Origin: the human T2T-CHM13v2.0 reference genome, Homo sapiens
NCBI RefSeq assembly: GCF_009914755.1
Contig: NC_060946.1
DNA: 64,000 nucleotides
Strand: one strand, 5' to 3'
The notes beneath the pieces were generated by a model. That model saw only the letters and a list, made by a program, of their open reading frames with translations. It ran no database searches and was not told the DNA's origin. The position numbers were made by a program, and so were the translations under genes. Shown in pieces: positions 63,501 through 64,000 of the stretch. Within the stretch, counting starts at the first letter, position 1; the number at the start of each line of letters is the position of its first letter.

Positions 63501-64000
63501 GGAATGGAATGGAGTGGAGTGGAATGGAACTGAATGCAACGGAGTGGAGTAAAAAAGAGTTGATCAGAGTGGAAAGGAAGGGAATAGAATGGAAAGGAGT
63601 GGAATGGAATGGAATGGAATGGAGTGCAATAGAATGCCATGGAATGGAGTGGAATTGTTTGGAATGCAATGGAATTGAGAGGGGTGGAGTGGAGAGGAGA
63701 GGAGTGGAGTGGAATGGCATGGAGTGGAGTGGAATGGAGTCGAATATGTTCGAATGCCGTTGGATGGAGTGGAGTGAAATTAAATGGAGTGGAGTGGAAT
63801 GGAATGGAGTGCACTGGAATGAAATGGAATGGAGTGGAATGGATAGGAGTGGAGTGGAGTGGAGTGAAATGGACTGTAGTGGAATAGAAAGGATTGGAGT
63901 TGAGTGGAATGGATTGGAGTTGAATGGAGTGGACTGGAGCAGAATGGAAAGGAATTGAAGGGAATGGATTGGAATGCAGTGCAGTGGAATGGTGTGGAGA

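Larger units (their letters stand above)
1..64000 (+). repeat. Diverged (GGAAT/GGAGT)n pentameric satellite array, human/hominoid Satellite 3 (HSat3)-like; array runs off both window ends
   Basis: Seen: every line parses into 5-mers GGAAT, GGAGT and variants (GGATT, GGACT, GGAAA, GGAGA, GCAGT, GTAAT, TGAAT, AGAGT, CGAAT, TTAGT). The + strand is G/A-rich and strongly C-poor throughout. Established: (GGAAT)n/(CATTC)n is the HSat2/3 core, and the ATCATC-rich pattern of HSat2 is not evident here. Species, chromosome and subfamily cannot be fixed without a search. Confidence 0.96.

Noticed and set aside
157-63958. Numerous short + strand MEWNG/VEWSG ORFs as genes, or as pentapeptide-repeat or ice-binding-type proteins
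   Set aside because: They are direct translations of the 5-bp repeat, they overlap in all frames, and the periodicity is at the DNA level (5 bp) rather than the codon level.
1-64000. Canonical G-quadruplex or telomeric repeat
   Set aside because: G runs are mostly GG, with no clusters of four GGG tracts noticed and no TTAGGG arrays. The (TGGAA)n strand is known to favour hairpins.
1-64000. Alpha satellite, CENP-B boxes, HSat2 or a homogeneous DYZ1-type higher-order repeat
   Set aside because: There is no 171-bp AT-rich monomer and no ATCATC-rich HSat2 pattern. Rare landmarks do not recur at one fixed kb-scale spacing with high identity.

Overview
The whole 64-kb window is one uninterrupted, single-orientation array of a diverged pentamer satellite. 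The consensus is GGAAT on + (CATTC on -), with GGAGT as a co-dominant variant. This is the signature of human/hominoid classical Satellite 3 (HSat3)-type pericentromeric heterochromatin. I found no credible protein-coding gene, RNA gene, Alu/L1/ERV insertion, CRISPR array or strand inversion. All supplied ORFs are reading-frame by-products of the pentamer (WNGME/WSGVE on +, HSIPF/HSTPL on -). I see no new gene-based system. The real hidden structure is evolutionary: a nested hierarchy of tandem duplications with periods from 15 bp to about 1.1 kb, nearly all multiples of 5; older dispersed homologies at about 2.1-2.2 kb and 3.6-3.8 kb offsets, suggesting a decayed higher-order repeat; small homogeneous patches; and CpG-decay differences between paralogous copies. 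All alignments and offsets were made by eye from rare landmark k-mers, and the boundaries of the larger duplications are approximate.
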